The translations under genes were made by a program, and so were the position numbers. Below, piece by piece: positions 39,150 to 51,799 of a stretch of DNA of 64,000 nt. The stretch's first letter is position 1, and every line of letters begins with the position of its first letter. The stretch is from contig NC_086097.1 in NCBI RefSeq assembly GCF_963921235.1, positions 102,054,001 to 102,118,000 on the forward strand. Direction: 5' to 3'. The notes under the pieces are model-generated. The model saw only the letters and a list, made by a program, of their open reading frames with translations, did not search any database and was not told where the DNA came from. The stretch is from Mobula hypostoma (Eukaryota).

Positions 39150-40097
39150 TTTAAAAAGGTCATAATGATGGTAGCACCTCAGAAAAATAAGGCAGTAACT
39201 GCCAACTGGTGGCTCTGTCATCCATCATCAGGAAGTCGTTCAAAAGGTAGCCTCGCAGACGACCTCGACCCACTGCATTTCACCTACAGCTGAAGTGGAT
39301 CCACAGCAGACACCATCTCTCTGGCCCTAGACTTATCTCTGGGAAATCTGGATAACAAAGACATCTGTGTCAGACTTACGTTTGTTGACCATAGCTCCAG
39401 CTTCAAGACCATAAATTCCATACAAACTCACCTCCAAAGTCCTAGATCTAGGGGGTAACAGGAGGCCAGAATTAAAAAGGGTGATGAATACAGGTCTGAA
39501 GGTGCTATAGTTGAATGCACACAGTATATACAGAATAAGGCAGATGATCTTGTAGCGCAGTTAGAGATTGGCAGATATGAGATTGTGAGCACCTCTGAGT
39601 CGTAGTTGAGAGCTTATCATCCAAGGATATGAATTGCATTAAAAGGACATGCAGGTAGGCATAGGGGGTGGGTGGCTTTATTGATTAAAAAAAATTAAAT
39701 CAAATCCTGAGAAAGAGGTGACATAGGATAGGAAGATGCAGAATCCTTGTAGGTAAAGAAACTGCAAGGGTGAAAAGACCCTGATGGGTGTGATATACCA
39801 TCCTCCCAACCATAGCCAAGATGTGGGCTACAAATTACAACAGGAGGCAGAAAAGGCATGTAAAAAGGGCAATGTTGCAATAATTATGGGGGATTTCAAT
39901 AGGCAGGTAGATTGGGGGATATCAGGTTAGTGCTGGATCCCAAAAGAGAGGGAATTTGTAAAATGTCTATGAGATGGCTTTTTAGGGCAGCTTGTGGTTG
40001 AACACTGTAGGGGAACAGCAGTTCTGGATTGGGTATTATGTAATGATATAGATTTGATTAAGAGGATAAAGGGGCCCTTAGGAGGCAGTGATCATTG
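39150..40097 (+). mobile_element. Rex1 RT fragment (about 39150-39450) followed by a CR1 endonuclease fragment (about 39455-40097)
   Basis: ctcgacccactgcatttcacctac (LDPL.F.Y). Also ggggatttcaat (GDFN), gttctggattgggta (VLDWV) and ggcagtgatcat (GSDH). Confidence 0.75.
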
Positions 40098-40109
40098 GAA
40101 AGGGAACAC

Positions 40110-42425
40110 AGTAGTGTACTTGATATTTCAGTAATATTGTAAATGCATTGTTTGATTAAGCATGCTTTATTTGTTTGCATCTTTCATTATGGGTTATATG
40201 TAAGACGTATGTGACTGGCATACGTCATTACGCCACCATATCACATGGGAATGTCTCACTAAACAAAAGGTAAGAAAATCTAAATAGGCAAGTAACCTGG
40301 GTTCCTGTGTTTTTCTTTCGATTAATTTCTGGAGTCACAAACATTACAGTGGCGACTGAATGATGTACACTGAATGAATGCGCAGTATTTTGAAACAAAA
40401 GAAATAGCCGATGAAAAATGAGCACCATTGTTACTGAGTGCAATATGTGGGAAAGCATACAGTTTGCTTAGAAGTTTAACTGCTCTAACTGAACCCACAG
40501 AAATGAACTTTGCTGATGTCATGAACATAATGCAAGAACATTTAAAACTGAAACCATTGTTGATTACAGAACGCTTTAGGTTTCATAAGCGGAATCAAAA
40601 GGAAGGGGAGTCCATTTCAGCTTATGTGGCTGAATTGAAGAAGTTGAACATTGTCAGTTCAGTAACAGGCTTAATGATGCACTGACAGATCGTTTAGTTT
40701 GTGGAATCTTACAAGAAAGCATTCAAAAATTGCTCCTAACTGAAGCACGACTGACATTTATTAGAGCAGTTGAAATCACTGTAGCAATGGAATGGGCAGC
40801 CAAAGACGCAATTGAGTTGCAGTTGAGAATGAAATTGAGCTCGATCAAAAATACCATTTCTGAACAAAAACCTGCCTGGCCGAACAAACTGTTGTATCAT
40901 TGTGGCAAGGGCTCACATACAACAGACCAATGTAGGTTGATGTCAAACAATAAAACTTTCAGAAAATGCAACAAAGTAGAACACATACAAAGAGCATGTT
41001 GGGCAGACAAAAATAAATGGACTGCACAGGGAAGAGAAAAAGATTAAAAGAAAAGTTGCAGTTTCAAAAAGAGCACTAATCTGCACACTGTTGATGAAAA
41101 CTTTGATTATGATGATGATGATGAGAGTGACTGAGGACTGATTAGCATTTAGATTTACTATATGAAAACTAATAATAGACCAGCAATATGGCTTACACCA
41201 GAAGTGAATTAGGATTCTAATTTCCCTGCAGATATCAAATTAGATAGATAGACAGATTGATACTTTATTGACCCTAAAGGAAATTACGGAAACTAAGAAC
41301 TTGTAGGAAAAAATAACTCCCGTGGGAATGACATTCTTAACAGTGAAGTACAGCAACCAACAAGCCTTGTGTGTTAAAAACAGAGAGCCAGCATTGTAGG
41401 ACTATTTGCCTAAGACAACTACAACTTGATTGGAGATCCATCCACCATTTGCTTGCCACATCCCCTGCAATGGAGTCAACTGAAAGTGAATTAAAAAGGT
41501 CCTGGATGATGCCACAGTAGTGTTCAAGGATGGCATTGGAAAACTCAAACATATCAAGGGTAAAATAGTGCTAAATGAAAATGGAGCCTATGGACAATGT
41601 CAGTCCTCCCAGTACCTAAGAAGGAGGGTCTGTCAGGATCTGTGGTGATTTGAACGTCACCATCAACCCAGTACCTCTGTCCAGGATAGAGAATATTTTG
41701 CAAACCTTTCTGGAGGGAAACAGTTTAGCAAAGTGGACTTAGCTGAGGCCTGCCTACAGCTGACTGGAAGAAGTGTACGTCCATAGCATTTCTCACCATA
41801 CAAAGTCACAAAATCTTTATTGCTCTAATAGGCTTGGTTTTGGAGTAACATCTGCACTGTGGTAGAAACCTGCAAACCAGGTGCTGCAAAGCCTGCCCAG
41901 ACACCTGGTGTTTGGTGAATGACATCATTATTACCAATAAAATGACAAGCAACAGCTCCAAGATCTCAATATTGAGGATTGAAATTATGGCCTCAGAGCA
42001 TGTCACAACAAGTGTGGATTCTTTAAACATTTCAAACCATTGATGCAACAAGTCTGCTGAGAAAATTCAAGCAGTGGTAGCTACCCCAAGGCCAAATGAT
42101 GTGTCAGAGCTGCAGTCCTTTTTAGGATTTGTCAATTACTACAACAGGTTCCTGCCAAACCTGACTACTTTGCTCCATCACTTGAACTCATTACTACAGA
42201 TTAGGAAGAAATGGCAATGGGCAAAGCTGCGTGAGGTGGCTTTCAAAAAGCCAAAGGAAATGTTGATGTCAGACACTGTACTCACAGATTATGATCCACA
42301 TTGTCCACTGAAGCTTGCCTGTGATGCCTCGCCTTGTAGTGTAGGTGCAGTCATGTCACATGTCATGAGTGATGGAAGTGAATGCCCCAGAGCCTTTGCA
42401 TCACATTCCCTTACCAATGCAGAGT
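40110..42425 (+). mobile_element. Degenerate Gypsy element: 5' LTR, PBS, gag, partial pol
   Basis: LTR ends ...cattACA at 40348; PBS-like TGGCGAC at 40350. gag ERFRFHKRNQKEGESISAYVAEL with decayed zinc knuckles. pol LQSFLGFVNYY and LACDASP. Confidence 0.88.
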
Positions 42426-43475
42426 AGCCTCTCTACTTCCTCAAAACTACCTACTCTTCCACTAACCTTCATATCGTCTGCAAACTTTCTAACAAAGCCA
42501 TCAATTCCATAATCCAAATCATTGACATATAACATAAAAATAATCTGTCTCAACACAGACCCCTGTGGAACACCACTAGTCACCAGCTGCTAGTCAGAAA
42601 AGGCTCCCTTATTCCAACACATTGCCTCCTGCCAATCAGCCACTGCTTTATCCATGCTAGAATCTTTCCTGTAATACCATGGGCTCGTAGCTTGTTATTT
42701 CTTCAATGAATTCCAATAGATTTGTCAGGCAAGATTTTCCCTTGAGAAAACCATGCTGACTACAACCTGCTTTATCATCTGCTTCCAAGTATCCTGAGAG
42801 CGCATCCTTAATAATCAACTCCAAAATCTTCCCAACCACTGAGGTCAGACTAATGGACCTATAGTTTACTTTCTTCTGCCTCTGTCCCTTCTTGAAGAGT
42901 GGATTGACATTTGCAATTTTCTAGTTTTCCAGAACCTAGTGATTCTTGAAAGGTATCCCTGCCTTTCCACATCCCGCAAGAAGAGCATTCAAGTAACCTT
43001 CCTGGCATCTCTGCATACCTGGCTGAGCAGATATAAAGAAGGGAAGGTGGGGGGGAAGAGTTTTTCTTTTCTTTTGCTTTCTCTGACTGATGCCTGTCTT
43101 CTATCAAGCCTCAAAAAGCTAAAGCCTCAAGATCACCATTCTGACTCTGTCCACTCAGATGATGGCCATTGCATTTGCCCTGACCTCCTTTAATTTGCTC
43201 TTACTAATCAATCCCAAATGCCAGTTGTTTGTTGGTGAAAGCCATTTTTCCACTGTAGCGACCCGCTGCTGTCTTTCGTACTTGGGCAGTGGAAGTGATT
43301 GAAGTTTCCCCCTCTCAAATTTTAAGATCTCCTGATTGTCTGCTGGTCAAAGCTCTTGTTTGCTGTAGCGAGCCGTCGCTGTCTTTTGTACTTGGGCAGT
43401 GGACCTGATTGAAGTCACCTCCTCTCAAAACTTCCGACATCCAGGCTGGTCGTTGGTCAGAGCTCTTTTTAAAGC
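42426..43475 (-). mobile_element. Internally deleted CR1: 5'UTR and ORF1 start fused to RT
   Basis: ORF 42859..43107 MPGRLLECSSCGMW (ORF1 N-terminal CxxC) joins RT sequence at about 42945. RT motifs SQHGFLKGKSCLTNL and SGVPQGSVL. Confidence 0.75.
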
Positions 43476-43839
43476 AATAATTAAAACATTGAATATGGAA
43501 AGGCCTGGATAGAGTGCATGTGGAAAGGATGGTTCCTATAGTGGGGGTTGTCTAGGAGCAGAGATCATGCCTTAGAATTGAGAGAGGTCCATTTAGAACA
43601 GAGATGAGGACAAATGGTGGTGAATTTGTGAAACTCATTGCCACAGACTGCTTCAGGCCAAGTCATTGGGTATATTTAAGGTGAAGGGTTGATAGGTTCT
43701 GGATAAATCATGACATCAAAGTTTAAGGGGAAAAAGCAGGAGAATGGGGTTGAGAAGGATAATAAATCAGCCACAATGGAATGGCAGAACAGACTTCATG
43801 GGCGGAATTGCCTAATTCTACTCCTAGGTGTTATGGACA

Positions 43840-44595
43840 TGTCACCCCCTCTGTGTAATTGGATCCTTGACTTCCTAACTAATTAAAACAACAATTTGTT
43901 ATGACCTTTTGCTGCTGGTCAGTGTCCTCAGCCCCTTACTTTACTCTGTGTACTCTCAACCATTTGGCTAGATTTTTCTCTAAATCCATCTGCAACTTTG
44001 CACCTGACAGCACAGTGGTGGGCCAGACCTCAAACAATGACAAGACAGTGCAGAAAAGGGATGTAAAGCCAGTAACATGGTATCAAAACAACAGCCTTTC
44101 ATTCTATGTCATCTGGAAACTGACTTCAGGAAGTGGGGTAAAGTACCCTGTCTGTGTCAGTGGTGCTGGGGTGGAAATGCATGTAAATGTCAACAATAAT
44201 TTGTTCTGATCCCGTCTAGTAGCTTCTATGGCTATGAAAGCATGTCAGCTCCTCTTCTTCCTCAGGTGACTAATGAAATTTACATGTTTCTAAAGACCAT
44301 CTCTGGGATTTTGCTGTGTACCAAAAGGTTGAGGATATGTACTACTGGGTTCAAAGGTGGTTTCTATTCCACTGTAATCAGACTCTGAATGGACTCTGTG
44401 TAAAATAAAGATGAAGTCTTGATCTTTTAATCTACCTCATCATGGCCTTTGCACTTTCTCTGTATCAGCAATGTTATGTTTTGTATTCTCTTTTCCTCTT
44501 GCACTACCTCAACGTAATTGCCTATGGAATGGCTGGATATCATGAAGACAAAAATATTTCACTCTCTTGTGGTATGTGGTAATCATAATCTAATT
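43840..44595 (+). mobile_element. Highly degenerate Rex1-type LINE whose tail is the RTE target site
   Basis: ctctgtgtaattggatccttgacttcct and ctcagccccttact motifs. The tail resumes after 52572. Confidence 0.6.
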
Positions 44596-47500
44596 CGTCG
44601 TCGTCATGGCTATCCTTCAAGGTTGAGGAGGATGGTCTTCGCTCTGTTGATCTACTTATGGGCTCTCAAGTGGCTTATGAGTCCAATCTTGGCTTTGAAA
44701 GTTCTTCCGCATCCAGGACAGGTAGTTCTAGATGGCAGATCGAGTTTTGGTTGTTGCTGCCTCTTTCCATTTGCTTCTCTTTTCTTCTAATTCTGCACAT
44801 CTGTTGGCTTCGAAATTTGCTGTTCCTTCTTGGATGATGGCTTGCCAGAGTCTCCTGTCCTTGGCATTGGTTTCCCAATTGTTGATGTCGATGTTACATT
44901 TCTTCATGTTGGCTTTTAAGACGTCTTTGAATCTCTTCTGTTGTCTGCCTCTTTTACATTTGCCTTCTTTAAGCTGGGAGTAGAAGATTTGTTTCGGCAG
45001 ATGTTCGTCCTTCATCCGAACAACATGACCTCTCCATCTCAGTAGGTTCTTGATGACGTAAGCTTCAATGCTTGTTGTTTTTGCTTCACTTAGCACACTG
45101 ACGTTGGTTCTTCTATCTTCCCAGGTGATATTTAAGATGATTCGAAGACAGCGTTGATGGAACTTTTCAAGTGCCTTCAGATGTCATCGGTATGTTGTCC
45201 AGGTTTCTGATGCATACAGGAGCGCTGGGATTATCACTGCTTTGTACACTAACATTTTTGTGTCTGTTCAGATGTCACGATCATGAAAGACTCGGAGATG
45301 TCCAAAAGCTGTTCCAGAACATTGGAGGAGAGTTGACTTCCAAGATATGGAAAGTGGTCCATGTTTTCCAGGGTTATTTCGCCAAGTTGAATTGATGGTT
45401 CTATCAGATTTGTCTCAGTTGGTGACAGTTGATAGGTGATCTGAGTCTTCTTGGCAAGTCCAAGTTTTGTGTATGCACGGTTGAAGGCAGCCAGAATCTG
45501 TTGTAGGTGGTTTTCTGACAGAGCTGCAACACTGTTGTCATCTGCGTATTGGAACTCGATGAGGGAACTCGTGGATGTCCTCGTTTTGGACTTGAGACGG
45601 GCAAGATTGAAAAGTCTGCCATCTGTCCTGTTTCGATTCCCGGGAGTAGGTCGTCCTTGATAATGTGGATGATTGTCACAATAAAGATGGTGAACAAAGT
45701 TGGGGCAATCATGCATCCCTGTTTTACTCCTGATCTAACTTGAAAAGGCACACAGTTACTATTGCTGACCATGACTGTGGCAAGCTTGCCATCGTGGAGG
45801 AGTCTCAGGATTCGAATGTACTTTTCAGGGCATCCATAGGTGGATAGGACATCCCATAGGAGTTCCCTTCATACCAAGTCAAAGGCCTTGGTGAGGTTGA
45901 TGAATGCCATGTACAAAGGTTGAAGTTGTTCACAACATTTTTCTTGTAGTTGTCGCATTGTGAAGATCATGTCGATTGCTCGACGTCTTGGTCTAAAACC
46001 GGCTTGTGTCTCCGGAAGGATCTTCTGGCCTAAAGGCTTGAGCCGGTTGTTCATGATGCGGGTGAGGATCTTTCCTGCTGTTGCTAACAGGAAATTCCAC
46101 GATAGTTTCCGCATTTGGATCGATTGCCTTTCCTTTTGTAGATGGTAACGATTGCTGAGTCTCTAAAGTCTGTTGGTACGTCTTCATTTATCCAGATCTT
46201 GATGAGAAGTTGATTACCTCCAATTTTGTAGACCTCAGCTGGTATTCCATCGAGTCCAGCTGCCTTGTTGTTTTTCAAGGTTTTGATAGCTTCCTTGACT
46301 TCTTCAAGTGTTGGTATTTTGCTTAGTGAGTTGTCAACCGGCTGTTTTGGAATGTTGTTAATCACATTCCTGTCAAATGAGACGGTTTGATTTGGAAGAT
46401 CTTCAAAGTGCTCCTTCCATCTAGAATTGATGTCAGCATTGCTCTTCAGGATGGTTGAACCATCTTTGCTTTTGCGAGGGGCTTGACCGTGAGTGGATGG
46501 GCCAAAAATAGCTTTAGTTGTGTTGAAAAAGCCTCGAGTGTTGTTGGTGTCTGCTAGTTGTTGGATTTCCTGAGCTTTCTTCTTCCACCATTGTTTTTTC
46601 AGGTTTTGGGTGCTCTTCTGGACTGCAGCTTTGCATTCCTGATAGCATTTCCTTTTGGTAGCCAATTTTTGGTCATTTTGTAAGGAAATGAAAGCTTTTC
46701 TCTTTTCGTCGATGAGTTGTTGGAGCAGTTTGTCATTATCATCGAACCAATCCTGATGTTTTTTCATCTTGAACCCAATTGTTTCTTTGCAGGAGGTGAT
46801 GATAGCATTCTTCAATTGATTCCAGTGTTCTTCTACAGATGGTGGGATTTTTTGAGGCAGTTGTTCTTGAAGATTTTGTTGGAACTTCTGTACATGGCTG
46901 ATGTCTTGAAGGATGTCAACATTAAATTTCTTAGTAGTGTTCTGATTTTGGTGTTTCCTTTTAGGCCGAAACTTCATTTTCATGGTGGATGAGATGAGTC
47001 GATGGTCTGTCCAGCACTCGTCGGCACCAGTAACAGCTCTTGTTATCAGTACATCTTGTTGGTCCCAAGATCATACGATGATGTAGTTGATGAGGTGCCA
47101 GTGTTTGGAGCATGGATGGTGCCAGGAGACTTTGTGCCTGTTTTCCTGGCGAAATAGGGTGTTTGTAATCACCAGGTTGTGTTCAGCACATTTGGTGAGG
47201 AGGAGTGTTCCATTGGCGTTGACCTTGCCAACTCCTTCTTTGCTTATTATTCCAGTCCAGAGCCCATGATCTTTCCCAACTCTGGCATTGAAGTCTCCCA
47301 AGAGAATGATCTTGTCGTTCTTGGGAACAGAGGAGAGGATGTGGTCAAGTTGGGCGTAGAAGTTCATCTTTACTTCGTGGCGTGTTGGTTCATGACAAGT
47401 TGGATTCACAGAGTCATGAGACGTTGGTTGATTCCCAGTGGTTGCTCTGTCAGCTTCTGAAGTAGGCTGTTTCAGATGGCAAAACCTACTTCATGGATCC

Positions 47501-47784
47501 TCAGTTGTTCAGGATCAAGTCCTTTCCAGAAAAAGGTGTATTGACCTTGCTCTTCCTTTAGTTGCCCTTCTCCAGCTCTGCGGGTCTCACTCAGAGCAAC
47601 AATGTCAAAGTTGAAGTTTTGGAGTTCCTTGGCAACAAAGGCAGTCCTCCTCTCTGGTCGGTCTGAGTTTGGGTTATCCATCAGAGTTAAAAACATAGAA
47701 ACATAGAAAATAGGTGCAGGAGTAGGCCATTCGGCCCTTCGAGCCTGCATCGCCATTTATTATGATCATAGCTGATCATCCAAC

Positions 47785-50700
47785 TCAGAACCCCACCCCA
47801 GCCTTCCCTCCATACCCCCTGATCCCTGTAGCCACAAGGGCCATATCTAACTCCCTCTTAAACATAGCCAATGAACTGGCCTCAACAGTTTGCTGTGGCA
47901 GAGAATTCCACAGATTCACCACTCTCTGTGTGAAGAAGTTTTTCCTAATCTTGGTCCTAAAAGGCTTCCCCTCTATCCTCAAACTGTGACCCCTCGTTCT
48001 GGACTTCCCCAACATCGGGAACAATCTTCCTGCATCTAGCCTGTCCAATCCCTTTAGGATCTTATACGTTTCAATCAGATCCCCCCTCAATCTTCTAAAT
48101 TCCAACGAGTACAAGCCCAGTTCATCCAGTCTTTCTTCATATGAAAGTCCTGCCATCCCAGGAATCAATCTGGTGAACCTTCTTTGTACTCCCTCTATGA
48201 CAAAGATGTCTTTCCTCAGATTAGGGGACCAAAACTGCACACAATACTCCAGGTGTGGTCTCACCAAGGCCTTGTACAACTGCAGTAGTACCTCCCTGCT
48301 CCTGTACTCGAATCCTCTCGCTATAAATGCCAGCATACCATTCGCCTTTTTCACCGCCTGCTGTACCTGCATGCCCACTTTCAATGACTGGTGTATAATG
48401 ACACCCAGGTCTCGTTGCACCTCCCCTTTTCCTAATCGGCCACCATTCAGATAATAATCTGTTTTCCTATTTTTGCCACCAAAGTGGATAACTTCACATT
48501 TATCCACATTAAATTGCATCTGCCATGAGTTTGCCCACTCACCCAACCTATCCAAGTCACCCTGCATCCTCTTAGCATCCTCCTCACTGCTAACACTGCC
48601 ACCCAGCTTCGTGTCATCCGCAAACTTGGAGATGCTGCATTTAATTCCCTCATCCAAGTCATTAATATATATTGTAAACAACTGAGGTCCCAGCACTGAG
48701 CCTTGCGGTACCCCACCAGTCACCGCCTGCCATTCTGAAAAGGTCCCGTTTATTCCCACTCTTTGCTTCCTGTCTGCTAACCAATTCTCCACCCACACCA
48801 ATACCTTACCCCCAATACCGTGTGCTTTAAGTTTGCACACTAATCTCCTGTGTGGGACCTTGTCAAAAGCCTTTTGAAAATCCAAATATACCACATCCAC
48901 TGGTTCTCCCCTATCCGCTCTACTAGTTACATCCTCAAAAAATTCTATGAGATTCGTCAGACATGATTTTCCTTTTACAAATCCATGCTGACTTTGTCCG
49001 ATCATTTCACCGCTTTCCAAATGTGCTGTTATCACATCCTTGATAACTGACTCCAGCAGTTTCCCCACCACCGACGTTAGGCTAACCGGTCTATAATTCC
49101 CCGGTTTCTCTCTCCCTCCTTTTTTAAAAAGTGGGGTTACATTAGCCACCCTCCAATCCTCAGGAACTAGTCCAGAATCTAACGAGTTTTGAAAAATTAT
49201 CACTAATGCATCCACTATTTCTTGGGCTACTTCCTTAAGCACTCTAGGATGCAAACCATCTGGCCCTGGGGATTTATCTGCCTTCAATCCCTTCAATTTA
49301 CCTAACACCACTTCCCTACTAACATGTATTTCACTCAGTTCCTCCATCTCACTGGACCCTCTGTCCCTTACTATTTCTGGAAGATTATTTATGTCCTCCT
49401 TAGTGAAGACAGAACCAAAGTAATTATTCAATTGGTCTGCCATGTCCTTGCTCCCCATAATCAATTCACCTGTTTCTGTCTGCAGGGGACCTACATTTGT
49501 CTTTACCAGTCTTTTCCTTTTTACATATCTATAAAAGCTTTTACAGTCCGTTTTTATGTTCCCTGCCAGTTTTCTCTCATAATCTTTTTTCCCCTTCCTA
49601 ATTAAGCCCTTTGTCCTCCTCTGCTGAACTCTGAATTTCTCCCAGTCCTCAGGTGAGCCACTTTCTCTGGCTAATTTGTATGCTACTTCTTTGGAATTGA
49701 TACTATCCCTAATTTCTCTTGTCAGCCATGGGTGCACTACCTTCCTTGATTTATTCTTTTGCCAAACTGGGATGAACAATTGTTGTAGTTCATCCATGCA
49801 ACCTTTAAATGCTTGCCATTGCATATCCACCGTCAATCCTTTAAGTGTCATTTGCCAGTCTATCTTAGCTAATTCACGTCTCATACCTTCAAAGTTACCC
49901 CTCTTTAAGTTCAGAACCTTTGTTTCTGAATTAACTATGTCACTCTCCATATTAATGAGGAATTCCACCATATTACGGTCACTCTTACCCAAGGGGCCTC
50001 TCACGACAAGATCGCTAATTAACCCTTCCTCATTGCTCAAAACCCAGTCCAGAATAGCCTGCTCTCTAGTTGGTTCCTCGACATGTTGGTTCAAAAAACC
50101 ATCCCGCATACATTCCAAGAAATCCTCTTCCTCAGCACCTTTACCAATTTGGTTCACCCAGTCTACATATAGATTGAAGTCACCCATTATAACTGCTGTT
50201 CCTTTATTGCACACATTTCTAATTTCCTGTTTAATACCATCTCCGACCTCACTACTACTGTTAGGTGGCCTGTACACAACTCCCACCAGCGTCTTCTGCC
50301 CCTTAGTGTTACGCAGCTCTACCCATATCGATTCCACATCTTCCCGGCTTATGTCCTTCCTTTCTATTGCGCTAATCTCTTCTTTAACCAGCAACGCCAC
50401 CCCACCTCCCCTTCCTTCATGTCTATCCCTCCTGAATATTGAATATCCCTGAACGTTGAGCTCCCATCCCTGGTCACCCTGGAGCCATGTCTCTGTGATC
50501 CCAACTATATCATAATCATTAATAACAATCTGCACTTTCAATTTCATTCACCTTATTACGAATGCTCCTTGCATTGACACACAAAGCCTTCAGGCGCTCT
50601 TTTACAACTCTCTTAGCCCTTATACAATTATGTTGAAAAGTGGCCCTTTTTAATGCTTGCCCTGGATTTGTCGGCCTGCCACTTTTACTTTTCTCCTTTG

Positions 50701-50827
50701 TACTTTTTGCTTCTACCCTCACTTTACACCCCTCTGTCTTTCTGCACTGGTTCCCATCCCTCTGTTGTGAACTAACCTCCTCACGCCTAGCCTCTTTAAT
50801 TTGATTCCCACCCCCCAACCATTCTAG
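47785..50827 (-). CDS. CR1 ORF2p: APE endonuclease plus reverse transcriptase, one +1 frameshift at about 50542
   Basis: ORF 50519..50818 (LCVNARSIRNKVNE) joins ORF 47785..50547 (LKVQIVINDYDIVGITETW...GDFN...QGSVLGP...FADD) if one A is removed. Confidence 0.9.
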
Positions 50828-51759
50828 TTTAAAGTCACCTCAGTAGCCCCCGCTAATCTCTCTGCCAGGATATTGGTCCCCCTAGGATTCAAGTGTAACC
50901 CGTCCTTTTTGTACAGATCACGCCTGCGCCAAAAGAGGTCCCAATGATCCAAAAACTTGAATCCCTGCCCCCTGCTCCAATCCCGCAGCCACGCATTTAT
51001 CCTCCACCTCATCGCATTCCTACTCTTACTGTCGCGTGGCACAGGCAGTAATCCCAAGATTACTACCTTTGCGGTCCTTTTTCTCAACTCCCTTCCGAGC
51101 TCCCTATATTCTCCTTTCAGGACCTCATCCCTTTTCCTACCTATGTCATTGGTACCTATATGTACCACGACCTCTGGCTCCTCACCCTCCCACTTCAGGA
51201 TATCTTGGACACGATCAGAAATATCCCGGACCCTGGCACCAGGGAGGCAAACTACCATCCAGGTCTCTGGACTGCGTCCACAGAATCGCCTATCTGACCC
51301 CCTTACTATCGAGTCCCCTATCACAACTGCCCTCCTCTTCCTTGCTCTACCCTTGTGAGCTACAGGGCCGGACTCTGTGCCGGAGGCACGGCCACTGTCG
51401 CTTCCCCCGGGTAAGCTGTCCCCCCCAACAGTACTCAAACAGGAGTACCTGTTGTTAAGGGGCACAGCCACCGGGGTACTCCCCATCACCTGACTTTTCC
51501 CCTTCCCCCTCCTAGCCGTGACCCACTTGTCTGCCTCCCGTGGCCCCGGCGTGACCACCTGCCTTCCACTCCTCTCTATCACCTCCTCGCTCTCCCTGAC
51601 CAGACGAAGGTCATCGAGCTTCAGCTCCAGTTCCGTAACGCGGTACCTTAGGAGCTGCATCTCGATGCACTTGGCGCAGATGTAGACGTCCGGGAGGCTT
51701 GGAGACTCCAGGGCCTCCCACATCCGACACCGAGAACAGCAAACTGCCCTCACAGTCAT
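50824..51759 (-). CDS. CR1 ORF1p (311 aa): CxxC..CxxC zinc finger/coiled coil plus SGNH esterase
   Basis: CSRC...CAKC, heptad leucines, VIGDSIVR, HIGTNDI, DGLHLN. First ATG at 51759. Confidence 0.92.
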   Translation of the reverse strand: MTVRAVCCSRCRMWEALESPSLPDVYICAKCIEMQLLRYRVTELELKLDDLRLVRESEEVIERSGRQVVTPGPREADKWVTARRGKGKSQVMGSTPVAVPLNNRYSCLSTVGGDSLPGGSDSGRASGTESGPVAHKGRARKRRAVVIGDSIVRGSDRRFCGRSPETWMVVCLPGARVRDISDRVQDILKWEGEEPEVVVHIGTNDIGRKRDEVLKGEYRELGRELRKRTAKVVILGLLPVPRDSKSRNAMRWRINAWLRDWSRGQGFKFLDHWDLFWRRRDLYKKDGLHLNPRGTNILAERLAGATEVTLN

Positions 51760-51799
51760 AACGCCCCTCTCCTCAAATAGCAACAGAAAATGAATGTCA

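Noticed and set aside
49676..50452. 258-aa + strand ORF and similar long ORFs (20171..21136, 29124..29624, 62239..62799)
   Set aside because: Antisense shadows of CR1 or Gypsy coding sequence, with no independent protein motifs.
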